A stretch of 62,903 nt of DNA, filler included, from Hausera hauseri (taxonomy: Eukaryota), in the NCBI GenBank assembly GCA_046269625.1. It is 12 parts of 12 records of this genome, joined end to end, with 100 filler letters (N's around TTAATTAATTAA, not from the genome) between each part and the next. Parts side by side here need not be neighbours in the genome. Positions count along the whole stretch, not along the records: positions 35,031 to 39,568 come from JBJURY010536676.1; positions 39,669 to 43,624 come from JBJURY010859856.1; positions 43,725 to 51,346 come from JBJURY010004235.1; positions 51,447 to 58,412 come from JBJURY010047998.1; 8 more parts are not named here. The stretch is one strand, 5' to 3'. Under the pieces are notes generated by a model that ran no database searches, was not told the origin of the DNA, and saw only the letters and a list, made by a program, of their open reading frames with translations. The position numbers and the translations under genes are program-made. Below are positions 39,177 through 52,314 of this stretch, one piece after another; position 1 is the first letter of the stretch, and each line of letters begins with the position of its first letter.

Positions 39177-39551
39177 TTATTTAGTAACAATATAACTTTG
39201 ACATAACACTAAACACTTCTTATAAGCACAATGTGAAACATGTTCACGATAAATACATGCAATGTTTTTTGGTACAGTTACCAATTTGTTACATTCATGT
39301 GCACATATTCGCAATTCTGGAAGTGCGCTATTAAATATCTTCTTTCGCCCATCAGCATGATCTTTGACATAGAATATGGATTCATTTATATCACACATAT
39401 TCCCAATATCTCGCATAATGCAATCTCTGCAAAAGTGGGTATTATATTCTTCCCAAGTCAGTTTGTGATGATGGTGTGTCAAATAAGCATTTGTTGCTTG
39501 AGCCTTGTTTGTACAACAATGTAGTGTAGGCCTAAAAATAGCATAAATCAC
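39177..39551 (-). CDS. Cys/His-rich small protein convergent with polB
   Basis: 124-aa ORF with CRDC, CAHEC and a His run. It shares an AT-rich terminator-like gap with polB. Function unknown. Confidence 0.45.
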   Translation of the reverse strand: MIYAIFRPTLHCCTNKAQATNAYLTHHHHKLTWEEYNTHFCRDCIMRDIGNMCDINESIFYVKDHADGRKKIFNSALPELRICAHECNKLVTVPKNIACIYREHVSHCAYKKCLVLCQSYIVTK

Positions 39552-39738
39552 ATGTACTATACTAAAATNNNNNNNNNNNNNNNNNNNNNNNNNNNNNNNN
39601 NNNNNNNNNNNNTTAATTAATTAANNNNNNNNNNNNNNNNNNNNNNNNNNNNNNNNNNNNNNNNNNNNCTCCTTTAGCTATTAGGGCTATGATTATCTGT
39701 GTTTCCTCTGAGAGTATATCGGATGGTGAATATATTTC

Positions 39739-42700
39739 CTATTTTATATTTTTGATAATATCTTCAGATTGTGCTACTAATTGTAGATAATGACGGTTCA
39801 GTTTTGGATCTCTAGCATAGTTTTCTAGGTTTAGCTGGACTGAGCTATCCAGGTTTAACCAGTCTGTTGTTTGGTCGAAATTCCTAATAAAGACTTGGTT
39901 TTCTTGCCTGTTTTCTTGTGATCTTTTTTTTTCATAGTGTTCTACTTGTTTCGACAGTGATAGAAATGGGTTCGCGATAAAGTTTGGTGATTCACTAGAT
40001 TCTATTTGTCTACAACTATATTCGACTGTGTGATCAACGTTTCCTTTATCAGTATCAGATAAAAAGGGCTTATTTATTGATATTTCCTTCATTCTTGCTT
40101 ATTTTCGACGTTTTAAATGCTTGGGTTTAAGAATTGTGGCTTCTTCTGTTATCGTATGTCCTTCAGTCGGAGTAATTTCCTCGTCGTTATTTGATTGTTC
40201 GGATTTTCTTATGTGAAAAATTAAATTGACTAGGATCAGTAACAAAAACCATATAGATGAGATTTCCTGATTAGTATTTGTTGTCGGAGGAGCAGCTTCG
40301 GCTGTTTCGAATAATATAAATGGTATAGCAAGTAGCATTAGTGTTGAGTAAGTAAATCCGTTGCTATCTATGTTAAAGTGATTTTTTCTTAATATTGGCT
40401 TAATGACGGTATCGTTTTCCTTGTGGGTGTTAGGATTTGTAATTTCTTTCTGTACTGTTTGCTCGGTTATTTTAATAGGTATGAGTTCTTGTGGACTGAT
40501 GTTATCGCTGGCCATTGTTTGGTCGTTATTGACGTTGGACTGAAATGTTTCGTGCTGTGCCTGGACTACAACTGATGGTTTATGATTATCGTTTCCTTTC
40601 GTCTCATCGTGGTCGTCGTCGCTATGCGGTGTCCTCACGTTTTTCCATTTTGGATGATTCTCTATTATAGTCGATGCACAGGATACGTTTCTCGAAAACA
40701 TCTAATCGTCGTAGGTTCTTCGTTATATCTGTTGTCACTTCCCCTTCATTATTTGATCTTAGTCGACGGGCACATATTAACCTTTCTCGTTCCTCTTTGA
40801 ATGGTCTAGCTATTTCTACCCTGTTATTTAGCTCGCAAATTATAAGATGGTACCTTAGTGCATTAAATTTGCCCGAAAATCCACATGCATCCACCATGTT
40901 AAGCTTATCAATATCTTCGTAATCCAACGGGGTTAATGACGTATTTACATCCAGATTCAGATACTTATTCCACACTATTTGTGCTTCTTCTTCTTCATAG
41001 GCATCTATTTCTTCTTGAATAAGGTCATCTTTTATTTCCATTAGTGTATATGTCATTGAACAATTGATCATAAATGAATCTGTTTGAATTTTATTTATTA
41101 GCTCTTCACCGTAACTCTTGAATAGTCCAAGGCATCTATCGGCCAGTTTGACAATTCTTTTAGGAGGTTTATCTGCTATTAATTCCAGGGATATTCTTTG
41201 GAGAAGACTGATTATGTCGGCTACGGGAAATAATAACGGTTTTACTCGTAAACAACGAGTGATCAGCACACGTTCTCTATGGCTTCCGACAAATAAGGGT
41301 CGATATTTAACTTTATCTCCATACACTATCCTTTCTTCGTGGGTTAACCGGTATTTTTCTATTAGTGGGGCGAGTGACCGAAGGCAACGTATTATCTGTA
41401 GTGTAGAATGGGTTTCTAATCGGGCTTTTAACAGTAATTCATGTTTTCAACATATGGGCTCATTGGTTGGTATCCCCATTATATCGCTCCGGATTTCTAA
41501 CATGGTATTGGTAGGTTATAGCCATATAGGTTGTATGGATATTTCCATTAAAATTCGTCGAAATAGGTAAAATCCCTCATAGTACACTTCGGCTTGAAAA
41601 TCACTTAACTGGCAGAATAGTAAACTATTGGCTGGAATTTTATAAGAAGTATATAAGATGCTAGCTCTCAGAAGTAATTGGTATTTATAATCTGATTCTT
41701 TAAGGTTTATTCTGGTTTCCTGTTTTAGTCGATCAAAATATGGTTCGTATAAGATTATATATAATTTCACGAAGTCTTTTCGGTCCTCGTTTGGTAATTG
41801 ATCTATACTATCTCCTAACAATAAACAATTAATGATATCCCTGACCCATTCACGAAGGGTTTCTGCGAATATATGAGGTTTTATATCTAATTACATCGTT
41901 ATCAGACGAGTAATCCTATGAATCTTTTCGGATAAACTTTGGTCTGTACATGTAATCAAACATTTCATTTTTTAATTCTGCGTCGTTTTTCGAAGATTTT
42001 ATTACATTTAGTGTGTCTGACGGAATAATTTGGGGTGAAAATTTTTTATTCTCACGAATGGTTTTATCACGGACGAAATCTTCTCATTCTATTTTAAAAG
42101 GCTTGGCTATCTCTTGGTCGTCATTCAACATACAAAATAGTAGTCGATACCATAATGCATTCAGATTGCTAGATAGTCCTCTGATGTTTATTTAATTCAA
42201 TTGATCGATTTCTTCGATGCCTTCTTTAGTTAGAGGTGTATCTTTGTCACTACATAAATAGTTGTTCCATAGTATCCGGGCTTCTTCTTTTTCCATTTCC
42301 TCTATTTCCATCTTGCCTATTTTATCTTTTATTGTCATTAATGTATATGTTAACCAACTATTGATAATGAATGAGTTAGTTACTTTTTAATTCACTAGTC
42401 CTCCACCATAATTCTTGAAAAGTCCAATGCACTTTCGCCAAACTTCTCAGCTCTTTCTTGAGATCCGTAAACGCTGCATAACGGATGTTTGCTGTAATAG
42501 AGCAAGTATATTTACAACAGGGATTCGTGGTACTTCTTTTCTTAAAAAGTGAGTAAGAAAAATTCGTTATTGTGAGATTCCNNNNNNNNNNTATATCTAA
42601 TTACGTCGCCATAAGAGAATAGCCGAATATTGTCAATTTCCTTTTAATGTAAACATATTTATCGTCATTCATTAATTCACATCTTTGCAGGTCCCAATAA

Positions 42701-43606
42701 AAAGTACGGGCGCAGCGTATTAGTTCCGATGGAGAGTGCATATGGGAGTTTTGATTTAATATTAGCTGTGTTTTTCAAAGTTCTTTTAGGGTCTCTGTTA
42801 ATTCTTGTTGGTATAAGTATTCTTCCGTCAGTTGATTGGTGTATGAGGATACTAGTGGAATTTCCATATTATTTGAGGGAAATTAATTTGGTAAGCAATC
42901 TATGTCGTTACTATTGTTGAGAATTTTAGCTTCTCTTTTATTGAGATGTTCATTCCAAATAAATGCTGGGATATGTATTATCTTCTCTTTTATTGAGATG
43001 TTCATTCCAAATGAATGCTGGGATATGTATTATCTTCCAAAATCCATTAGTCTCGTCGTCACCACTAGGAAGTTTACCTAGCATAAATAATGAGAATATC
43101 CATAGTATTATTGAGATCCATGAGGAATTCCGGTGTTGCGGTGTGATCTCCGCTGCGTATGTTATATTAATCATAGATATTATACATATTCCCGTAAAGC
43201 GTAAGGTCCCTAATGAGAACGATGAATAACCTTTTATTCCTGAGGATTCCCGTTTTTTATCCTTCTCTTGAAGTTCTTGAATCTGCACGGTTCTTGTTTC
43301 GTTTGCAATTTCGTCCAAATATTTAATACTGTTGCTTGCAAACTGTAGCTGATCAATCTTTATCCATTGCTCTGAAGAGCAGTTGCTATCGAGAGGTTGT
43401 CTCATACTTCTCTTCCAAGCTCGTTTTGCCTCTTCTACTCCACTAATGAGTTTTCGGCCTCTTATATTTAGATTATGGTGCTTATACATCTTTAATGCTC
43501 GGCTGGCGGTTACATAGTCGTGATTTTGGGATCTTCCTGGGTTGGTTAAATCGGAAATTGTAAAATATACTTCTTTACAACTTATCTTTATCAGGAGTTT
43601 ATTCAA
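39739..43606 (-). pseudogene. Unknown, internally duplicated polyprotein-like coding region, broken into ORFs of 100-234 aa
   Basis: All long ORFs are on the minus strand with no introns evident. A module at 40760-41326 is repeated at 42060-42580, and there are two signal-peptide plus TM-like pairs. Confidence 0.55.
42931..43034. repeat. 52-bp tandem duplication
   Basis: TTCTCTTTTATTGAGATGTTCATTCCAAAT(A/G)AATGCTGGGATATGTATTATC at 42931 and 42983. Confidence 0.92.
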
Positions 43607-44000
43607 CGGGGGTAATGCATCAGANNNNNNNNNNNNNNNNNNNNNNNNNNNNNNNNNNNNNNNNNNNNTTAATTAATTAANNNNNNNNNNNNNNNNNNNN
43701 NNNNNNNNNNNNNNNNNNNNNNNNTATAACTTATAATAATTTAATACTTTTATGCAGTTTGAAAATAAAAGAAACAATTAAAGGGATTTGACAGAAAGTT
43801 GTTAAGCGGGCCAAATAAAATTGGAGGAACAAAGATAATAAATAATAGGGTTATCAGAATTAATGAAAGACTAAATTACGAATTTAATTTACTCCGCAAA
43901 TATACCATATCGTAACGTTGAATCGTAAAGTTATAAATTTGTCAACACCTTTAATGAAAGCAGTTCCACTGAAAAAATTTACATCAGAGTTCAAAGTATA

Positions 44001-44303
44001 TTGATGTTTAGGTTAATAAGCGAGACCGGTGTAAATCCCGTTCATGCGTTTAAGTATGCAGAAAATGAACAAATTAACAATCCGAAACCGGTTAACAACT
44101 ACCGAAGTCAACTTTGGGACAAATGGAACATTCCGAAACCAACGAAAGTTGTTCGAACAGAATTTAACGTAACTAATAACATTGTTAAAATGCAATTTGT
44201 TGTCAATAATTCGGATTCTACGGAGTTTTGGTTCTATAAAAATAATCTGATCAGTAGATATCCGTGGAAATTATTCGAATCGAAATCGATAAAGTATAAA
44301 TAA
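44001..44303 (+). CDS. Hypothetical protein or exon; weak chromo-shadow-like pattern
   Basis: KPTKVV...MQFVVNNSDSTEFW...SRYPWKLFE loosely follows EPEKII...LMFLMKWKDSDEADL...KCPQIVI. Confidence 0.22.
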   Translation: MMFRLISETGVNPVHAFKYAENEQINNPKPVNNYRSQLWDKWNIPKPTKVVRTEFNVTNNIVKMQFVVNNSDSTEFWFYKNNLISRYPWKLFESKSIKYK

Positions 44304-44739
44304 CTTAACATATTTAGGATCACTGATCGTCTATTCTCGATTTTTACCAAAAAATGAAACATTGCGTTTGATTGACTCTCGTAATGAGTACACTGTATAT
44401 TTATGATATTGTGAAACAAACGATAAGCTGAATATGAAATTATCCGTATTAATGTATACTTTTTACAAATTGAACACCTATTTATTGAATATTTAAACAA
44501 ACAATAAAAAACAAATCGTCCAACTTTTTATGGGTTAATGTGAGCACCACATTCAGATTGTTAAATAATGACCATAGGCTACGCTACGGTTTTTCTCAAT
44601 TAATGTTTAATACTTATTTAATAAGCGGCCATCTACTCCACCGGCAGATCAGATATTTAAATTTTAATATTATTTACGCAGAGAAGCTTTACCTTTTTAG
44701 ACTTCAAAATTTTTGTGACACCAAAAGATTTCGGACTCA

Positions 44740-44900
44740 AAAAATGTCGGAAATATTCTGGAGAATATTGAAAACTGGGTTTATTTCATCTCCAAGAAAC
44801 GCGACAATACCGTTATGCCTTATTTGTGAAAAAACATTTTCAAGTGATGCAATGAAGCCATCGAAGTTATCTGATCATTTAAATGGAATGCAAATTTTGT
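44740..44900 (+). mobile_element. hAT (Buster/Charlie-like) transposase BED-finger fragment
   Basis: LKTGFI...PLCLICEKTFSSDAMKPSKLSDHL. Confidence 0.8.
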
Positions 44901-45391
44901 AATATGTAATACAAACATTTTCGGAGAAATTTGGTAACTAAACATTCTTGACGTTCTTCCAAATATCAGATCAAATGCGTCAGTCAAAACTAAATATAGA
45001 AAATTAAAGACAAACGAAAAACACAAATACGAACCTTATTCCCATCAACAAACACCATCAAATGCCGAGTTTCTGCCTCTATCGGATCGTAATGGGTCGG
45101 CATTAACCACTCACCAATCTTATATCTATCAGCTGAAAATAAAAAATGTAAAGCAAAATTCAAATGTGAAATAAACAAATTAAATATTGAAACAAATTAT
45201 TTTATAACATTATCAAAAAAAATAATTATTTTGCCATGATTCCGTTAATTTTCTATTAAAATGAAATTTAATTTTTTCAAAACAATCATGGCGCCATTGC
45301 AAAAAATTTTTTCATATTCACAATCAGCATCAAAAATAGTATATTTCTGAAACGGTGGCAACTAAAAACCCGGCTACCAGCAGGGTAAGTT

Positions 45392-47180
45392 CCCTTGTCA
45401 GAATTTGATACTTTTATAGCTTTACGAAAATTCTGATTATGCTGATTTTGTTTATGTCTCAGCAATTATTATGGCATCAAATGGGAAAATAATTCTCGTT
45501 CTCAGGTACGGATTTTGCCCTTCTAGTAGTTCGTCATCAGAGTATGAACAGGATGATGCATCAGACCAGAGTTTGGTTTCGTTTAATAAATATTTGTCAA
45601 TGTCTCATGGCACAGGAAATGATTGTGATAATAGCAGCAACCCTTTGTTACTTCCAACACTGACCAAGCATCAGGTTTCCCACCGTTTTCTGAAACATCT
45701 GGCTGGGTGGACAAAAACACAACTTACTTTACACCAGCTGATTATCTGGATCGATTTATACCAAATGATATTTTTGTTAAATTGACGAACTGGACAAATT
45801 AATGTGCCCTAATCGAAAATGCCAAATTGATTCTTGATGATACACTGGAAATTGATTGGAAACCGGTGTGTTCAAACAATGAAATTTTTCGTTGGTATAA
45901 CGCTTCTTATGGGCATAATCAAAAAGCCTTTCATCCGCTCTTATTGGACTGATGAATTGATGTTCACGCCTTACTTTGTCACGCCAGGTAACTTATCCAG
46001 AGACAATTACGTTAGCGTCCTACGGTACCTACGTTTCAGCGATCCTTACACAACAATACCTAATAAAACATCAAGAGTTCATCAGAATTTTGAAGCAGCG
46101 AAAAATATCTGTAAGTAAATTATTCCACGTCATAATATCGGTAGAGAAGTCGCCAATCTTGTTCAAAGGACGACTTTCAATAGAATTGTTTATACGAACA
46201 AAGTGTGCAAAATTCGGTGTAAAGTTATTTTTGTTGTGTGATTCTCAGCGAATATTTACTCACTAAAAAGCTGTACGCAGGTTCTCAAAGTGATTTCTCC
46301 ATGAACGAAGCGCCAAACCTATCATAAAGTGAGAGCATCGTTTTAGTTTTACTAATAAAGGCGGGATTGTTGGATAAAATCCATATAATTGTTATGGACA
46401 ACTGGTTAATGAGTCTTAGGTTGTTGGAATAGCTGGAAAGTAGCCACACATACGTTCGAGGTACTATATGTCCGTTCCGAGGAATATCCTAAGAGTTGAG
46501 AACACAACTCATGGAGAAAGACACATCTGCTTGTATAAAACGTGGTGAAACACTGGCCATAAATTTTTTTTTGATAAAAAACAAGGTTTATTTCTAAGTT
46601 CCGTTGATGCAGCTAGTGACGTGGAAAAGCCACGAGTTTTATCAGTAGGCCAAGTAGTTATTATCCACAAACCGGAGGGGGGGAGGGGGCGGCACTATTG
46701 ATCAATATCATCAACACATGGGTAGTGTGGATGTCCTAGATCAATTACTTGTGTCATGTAATTGTTGACGAAAAACCCAAACCTGTTTCAAAAAAGTTGG
46801 TTTAAACATTATACCAAAGTTGATTGTCAATACCTTTATTATCTGCAAACTGGAAGCTTCTTTATCGACTTCTTGCGAATATCAGTTTTGCATATGACTA
46901 CGGTAAATTCAGAAATGAAGAATCGTGGGCGTCGTATCTGGATTCCACAACTGCCTGCCTTAACCCCCCCCACTGTGATTCACACAGCTGTAGAGATAAC
47001 GTCTACTGAGAAAAAGCCAAAACCAACCAAACGCTGAGGAAAGTGTTACGCTCGAGAAATTCGCGAGGAAACACGTTACCAGTGCACTGACTGCGCTGAG
47101 AAACGTGGTCTGTGTCGAGTTTCGTGTTTCCGTATATATCATGAATACTTACAGTAATTATTTGGAAATGTATGTAAGGG
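45392..47180 (+). mobile_element. piggyBac transposon, decayed
   Basis: GITLLMGIIKKP..RSYW, ILFKGR...KFGVKLFLLCDS, VMDNW, HMGSVDVLDQ, and a C-terminal Cys-rich ETRYQCTDC...GLC. Ends read CCCTT...AAGGG. Confidence 0.88.
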
Positions 47181-47274
47181 TCATGAGGATTATGTTGAAT
47201 CTGAGGGAGATGCATAAATGGAGTATTATGCATCTCAAGTCGTCTTCTTCATTCTTTCAAAGAATTGAATAATA

Positions 47275-48462
<1,188 letters not shown>

Positions 48463-49849
48463 GAACATAAATTTGATCGGTAATGTATGACTAAAATACA
48501 TGAAACTGTCATTTTGCATATAGTTTATTATACAGGAGTGTGTAGTCTATTCGTTTATTTGGAGTAACTTCGGCACTCACAGTAGATTTATGGTGGTAAT
48601 ATGACAGTTAATCACGTACCAATTAATCATACGACATTTACTTACAAATAGTTAATCATATTGTTTGCTTTCACTTAACTAATCACGTATATATTTTATC
48701 CAAACCAATATTTAAAATAAATTTTAACTTATTTTTCTTGTATTACAAAAAAAAGAAAAAGACCCAAAAAGTTTCAACTGTTAAATCTGCTGAGCTACAA
48801 GCAAGTCGCAAACCTCTACAACTGTGAGTCCACCAACTACGAATCACTTCGAACCCAATCAAAATAAAAGAAGACAAATAGACAACCGCAGTGATATAGG
48901 CCCGCTTAAGGAAAGGCAGACAGACGTGATTTTGTCAAAATTTCTAAGGGTTTGCCACTCACAAATAGAAAACTATGGCAATCTGACAAATAGTCCACAA
49001 TTTTCTACGACACACAAACGATTTTATCAATCGAGCTAATTAGGGCCTTTGGCTTTTATTTTCCTTTTTCAAAAAAAGGGAAAATTAAAGTATAAGAATA
49101 ATAAAAAAATTAAAGAAATTAACACCCACTTGTAGGTATTACCAACCAGCCCAAGGTTTTCAAAATCGACCCATAGTTACTATGCTGACTCAGTCATAAG
49201 CTTCAAAATTGGCAAATTAGTAGATCGATGAACATCTAATCAGTGAGAACGATAAGACTAGTTATACAGAATTTATTTGCTTTTTTCAAAAAAAAAGAAT
49301 ACAACTTCTGATTCATGATTATGAACATCAGCATTATATGGTTAATTTTTTTGTTAAAAAATGTAAATTTCAGACATCGTAATGAGATTTGTTCACGAAG
49401 AATATACACAATAAAAAATTTACAATAGCAGGAGATGATAATTACTCCGCATTCACAATTACAATAATCACAGGAGGTAATTATAACTTCACAGTCACAG
49501 AAACAATTAGAAAACGACAGACGGCAATACTCTCGTAATTAATACAATTTACATTAATACAATTATTACATTTACAAACAAGGAAATGATCAACACATTG
49601 AGGCATAATTCACCCTGCTCTCATAACAGTATTACTTTATTCACATTTAGTACACTCAATAGTCACATTTGTAATCTAATTGCATCCGATTTTCTTTTTA
49701 AAGGAATTTTGAATACGTCGTACGTTCAAGAATCACATGACCTTCATAGCAACGGCAGTGAACCAAAATTTCATCATAATCATGATTTCTCCGATAGAGT
49801 ACCGCAGTGTAATCAAATTTTTTGTATTACAAGGATATTTTTGATCAAC

Positions 49850-50750
49850 TGGTAACGACATGCCAGAATGATGCGCCATCACTGACAACAGTGAAATACT
49901 GGGCGCACAAGTTCAAAGGTTGAAGAACATCAATTCATGATGACCCTTGCGAAGGAAGACTACAAGAAATTTGAGATTCCAAAGATGAAAAATTGCTGCA
50001 CATTGTGCGAGAAGATCGACGAATCTCTGTAAAAGTGTTGGCAACTTACTTAATTATCAGTGTCGGTAGTGTTCACATCAAACTGAGAGCTCTTTGCATC
50101 AAAATACTATGTTCCAGGTTCGTTCCTCGCTTCCTGATAGGGGAAATGATGCAGAATCGTCTGGAGAGCTGCCAAAACAACCTGTAAATTTGGAGACAAA
50201 ATGGATACAGATTTCTGCACAATATCGTAACAGGATGAGCGCCACTCTCCATGTACTTACCTGAATCTAAACGAAACTCAGTGGAGTGGAAATTGCCTGG
50301 CGAGAAACCATCAGGGATATCACATGGAAGATCGTGGATGTTGTCCATTTTCTGGGACACCAGTGGCGTTGTGTCAATGGACTTTGCAGACAAGCACACC
50401 ATAATCAACACTAAGCATTACAGTGAACTTATTTGTTTATCGTGAAAGAAGAAAATCCAGATGCCTTCTTGTGTGATGTTTGCACGATAATGCACCTGTG
50501 CACACAACGGCCATTTCTCTGGCTGTTTTACGTTTTTAGATCATGCGTCATTCAGTCCCGATCTTGTGCCGAGTGATTTCTGGCTCTTTCGAAGTCAGAA
50601 AAGCATTTGCTTTACCAACGCTTATCTGATTCCAACGAATTGAGAGGCACTGTGGAGAAATTCCTCGTCGATTGTCCCAAAAAATTCATTCAGGATGCAT
50701 TCCTGGAACTCTTGTGTTGAGAGAAACGGGTCTTATGTAGAAAAATGATG
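49850..50750 (+). mobile_element. Mariner transposase remnant
   Basis: DDPCEGR, EDRRISV, CSRFVPR, IVTG, LHDNAPVH, FSPDLVPSDFWLF. Confidence 0.9.
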
Positions 50751-51477
50751 CTTATGTATGGTCAACTTTTGAATTATAAAAATGATGTTGATTGGAACTG
50801 GCTTTCTGTCTCAGGTCAGATACTTACGACAGAAAGTACATGTCGTTTCCAGGTATATTTTCTTACACATTTTGTAATAGATATAAGTTCCATCTATTGA
50901 ATGCGATTTTGATATTTTAGTGATGCATTTGTCTTTTAGAACATGTGTGGTGCTTTGGTCCAATTTCTAATTTAAAATATTGTATAATGACGTGTATTCG
51001 TGCATATCACTTTCAACTATATAAATCCAATTGTGTTACTTTTTGGTTGTCTGGCACAGAATCCGTGAAATTTTTATTGTTTTGCCATTTTTTAAATTTT
51101 CATCCTCAACACTTTCTGATTGTAAAAACGAAATCCTAATGTCGTTGTTTGCGTTCATGATTATTGTCACGGTTGGAAGTTGGTCGCCATAATGATAGTT
51201 CCCTTGTTAGAGTTCTTGTAAGAATATTAATCTGTATATCTTATATTTTTCGTCTAATTGCCATTTGTATGCGGTATATATTTTGTATGTGGTATATAGG
51301 GTTCAAATACACCTATTCTACGACTCTCCAATTTGGCCGAAGGTACNNNNNNNNNNNNNNNNNNNNNNNNNNNNNNNNNNNNNNNNNNNNTTAATTAATT
51401 AANNNNNNNNNNNNNNNNNNNNNNNNNNNNNNNNNNNNNNNNNNNNTTATATGATACAATACTCACAAAGTAAATGT

Positions 51478-51543
51478 CTATTGTTTACAATGAGAATAAA
51501 CTTTTGATATAAATAGAGATGCCATTTCATTTCGCGTTTGTCT
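51478..51543 (+). promoter_or_regulatory. Conserved promoter of the accessory gene (TTGTTTAC motif, TATA, initiator-like)
   Basis: CTATTGTTTACAATGA also occurs in the 66-bp repeats at 17091-17156 (minus strand). The TATA block matches 17017-17052. Confidence 0.7.
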
Positions 51544-51553
51544 TCTTTAAACC

Positions 51554-52009
51554 ATGACCTTGCAAAACAATTCTGCAGACGACAGTCTCTCAAAAAAGCC
51601 ACGGTACAGCGAATATTCGCTCAAAAATTTCCGATTGTATAATGGATACAACTTACATTATCTGCACAACGCTATTCAATTGCCATTGACAGAAACGGTC
51701 AAAATCAAACCGGTGAAATATAGTCTATTGGTGAAAAGATCAGCGACGATGATTTGAATATGATGGAAGACACAATTAGAAAAGTTGACAGTGATTTGAC
51801 GTTGAGTAAGGATATCCGAGATACATTGTCGATTTTTCTCAAAAAGAAATATGGCGAAAATTGTCAATTCACATGGCGGAGAAACAGCAGCAGCCGTTTT
51901 GCCACCGGAAGGAGCTAAAGGCTACCTGACACTGAAGCTCAAAGGATTCAAGGAAAGGAGCGGCATCAAATCCCCAATATGGAAAATGCGGAAGTTTGTT
52001 ATGATTTAA
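51554..52009 (+). pseudogene. Homolog of the 16509-16901 accessory protein, frameshifted
   Basis: YSEYSLKNFRLYNGYNLHYL...VKYSLLVK...AKIVNSHGGETAAAVLPPEGAKGYLTLKLKGFKERSGIKSPIWKMRKFVMI*. Confidence 0.8.
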
Positions 52010-52314
52010 CTGATTTACTTTGGGTATTTTTGTGATTTTAGTTTTCTCTGATCAATAAATAAATGTATTTGCGTTACATATCTTGTTTTCTCGTGCAAGG
52101 TTATTGTTTTACGTTTACTTCTATCTTACTTAATAATAATAGGTTATGTAAGTAACCGAAAACAAAACACAAAAGACACTGAACAAAATATGTTATTGAA
52201 ATATAAAAAACAACATACATAGGATAATTGTCAGTGATTGTAACAGTAACTGAACTGAATTGAACTGATTTGTCTGAACCGACAGAGCACCGATTGTTTG
52301 GACGTGCCTTTATT

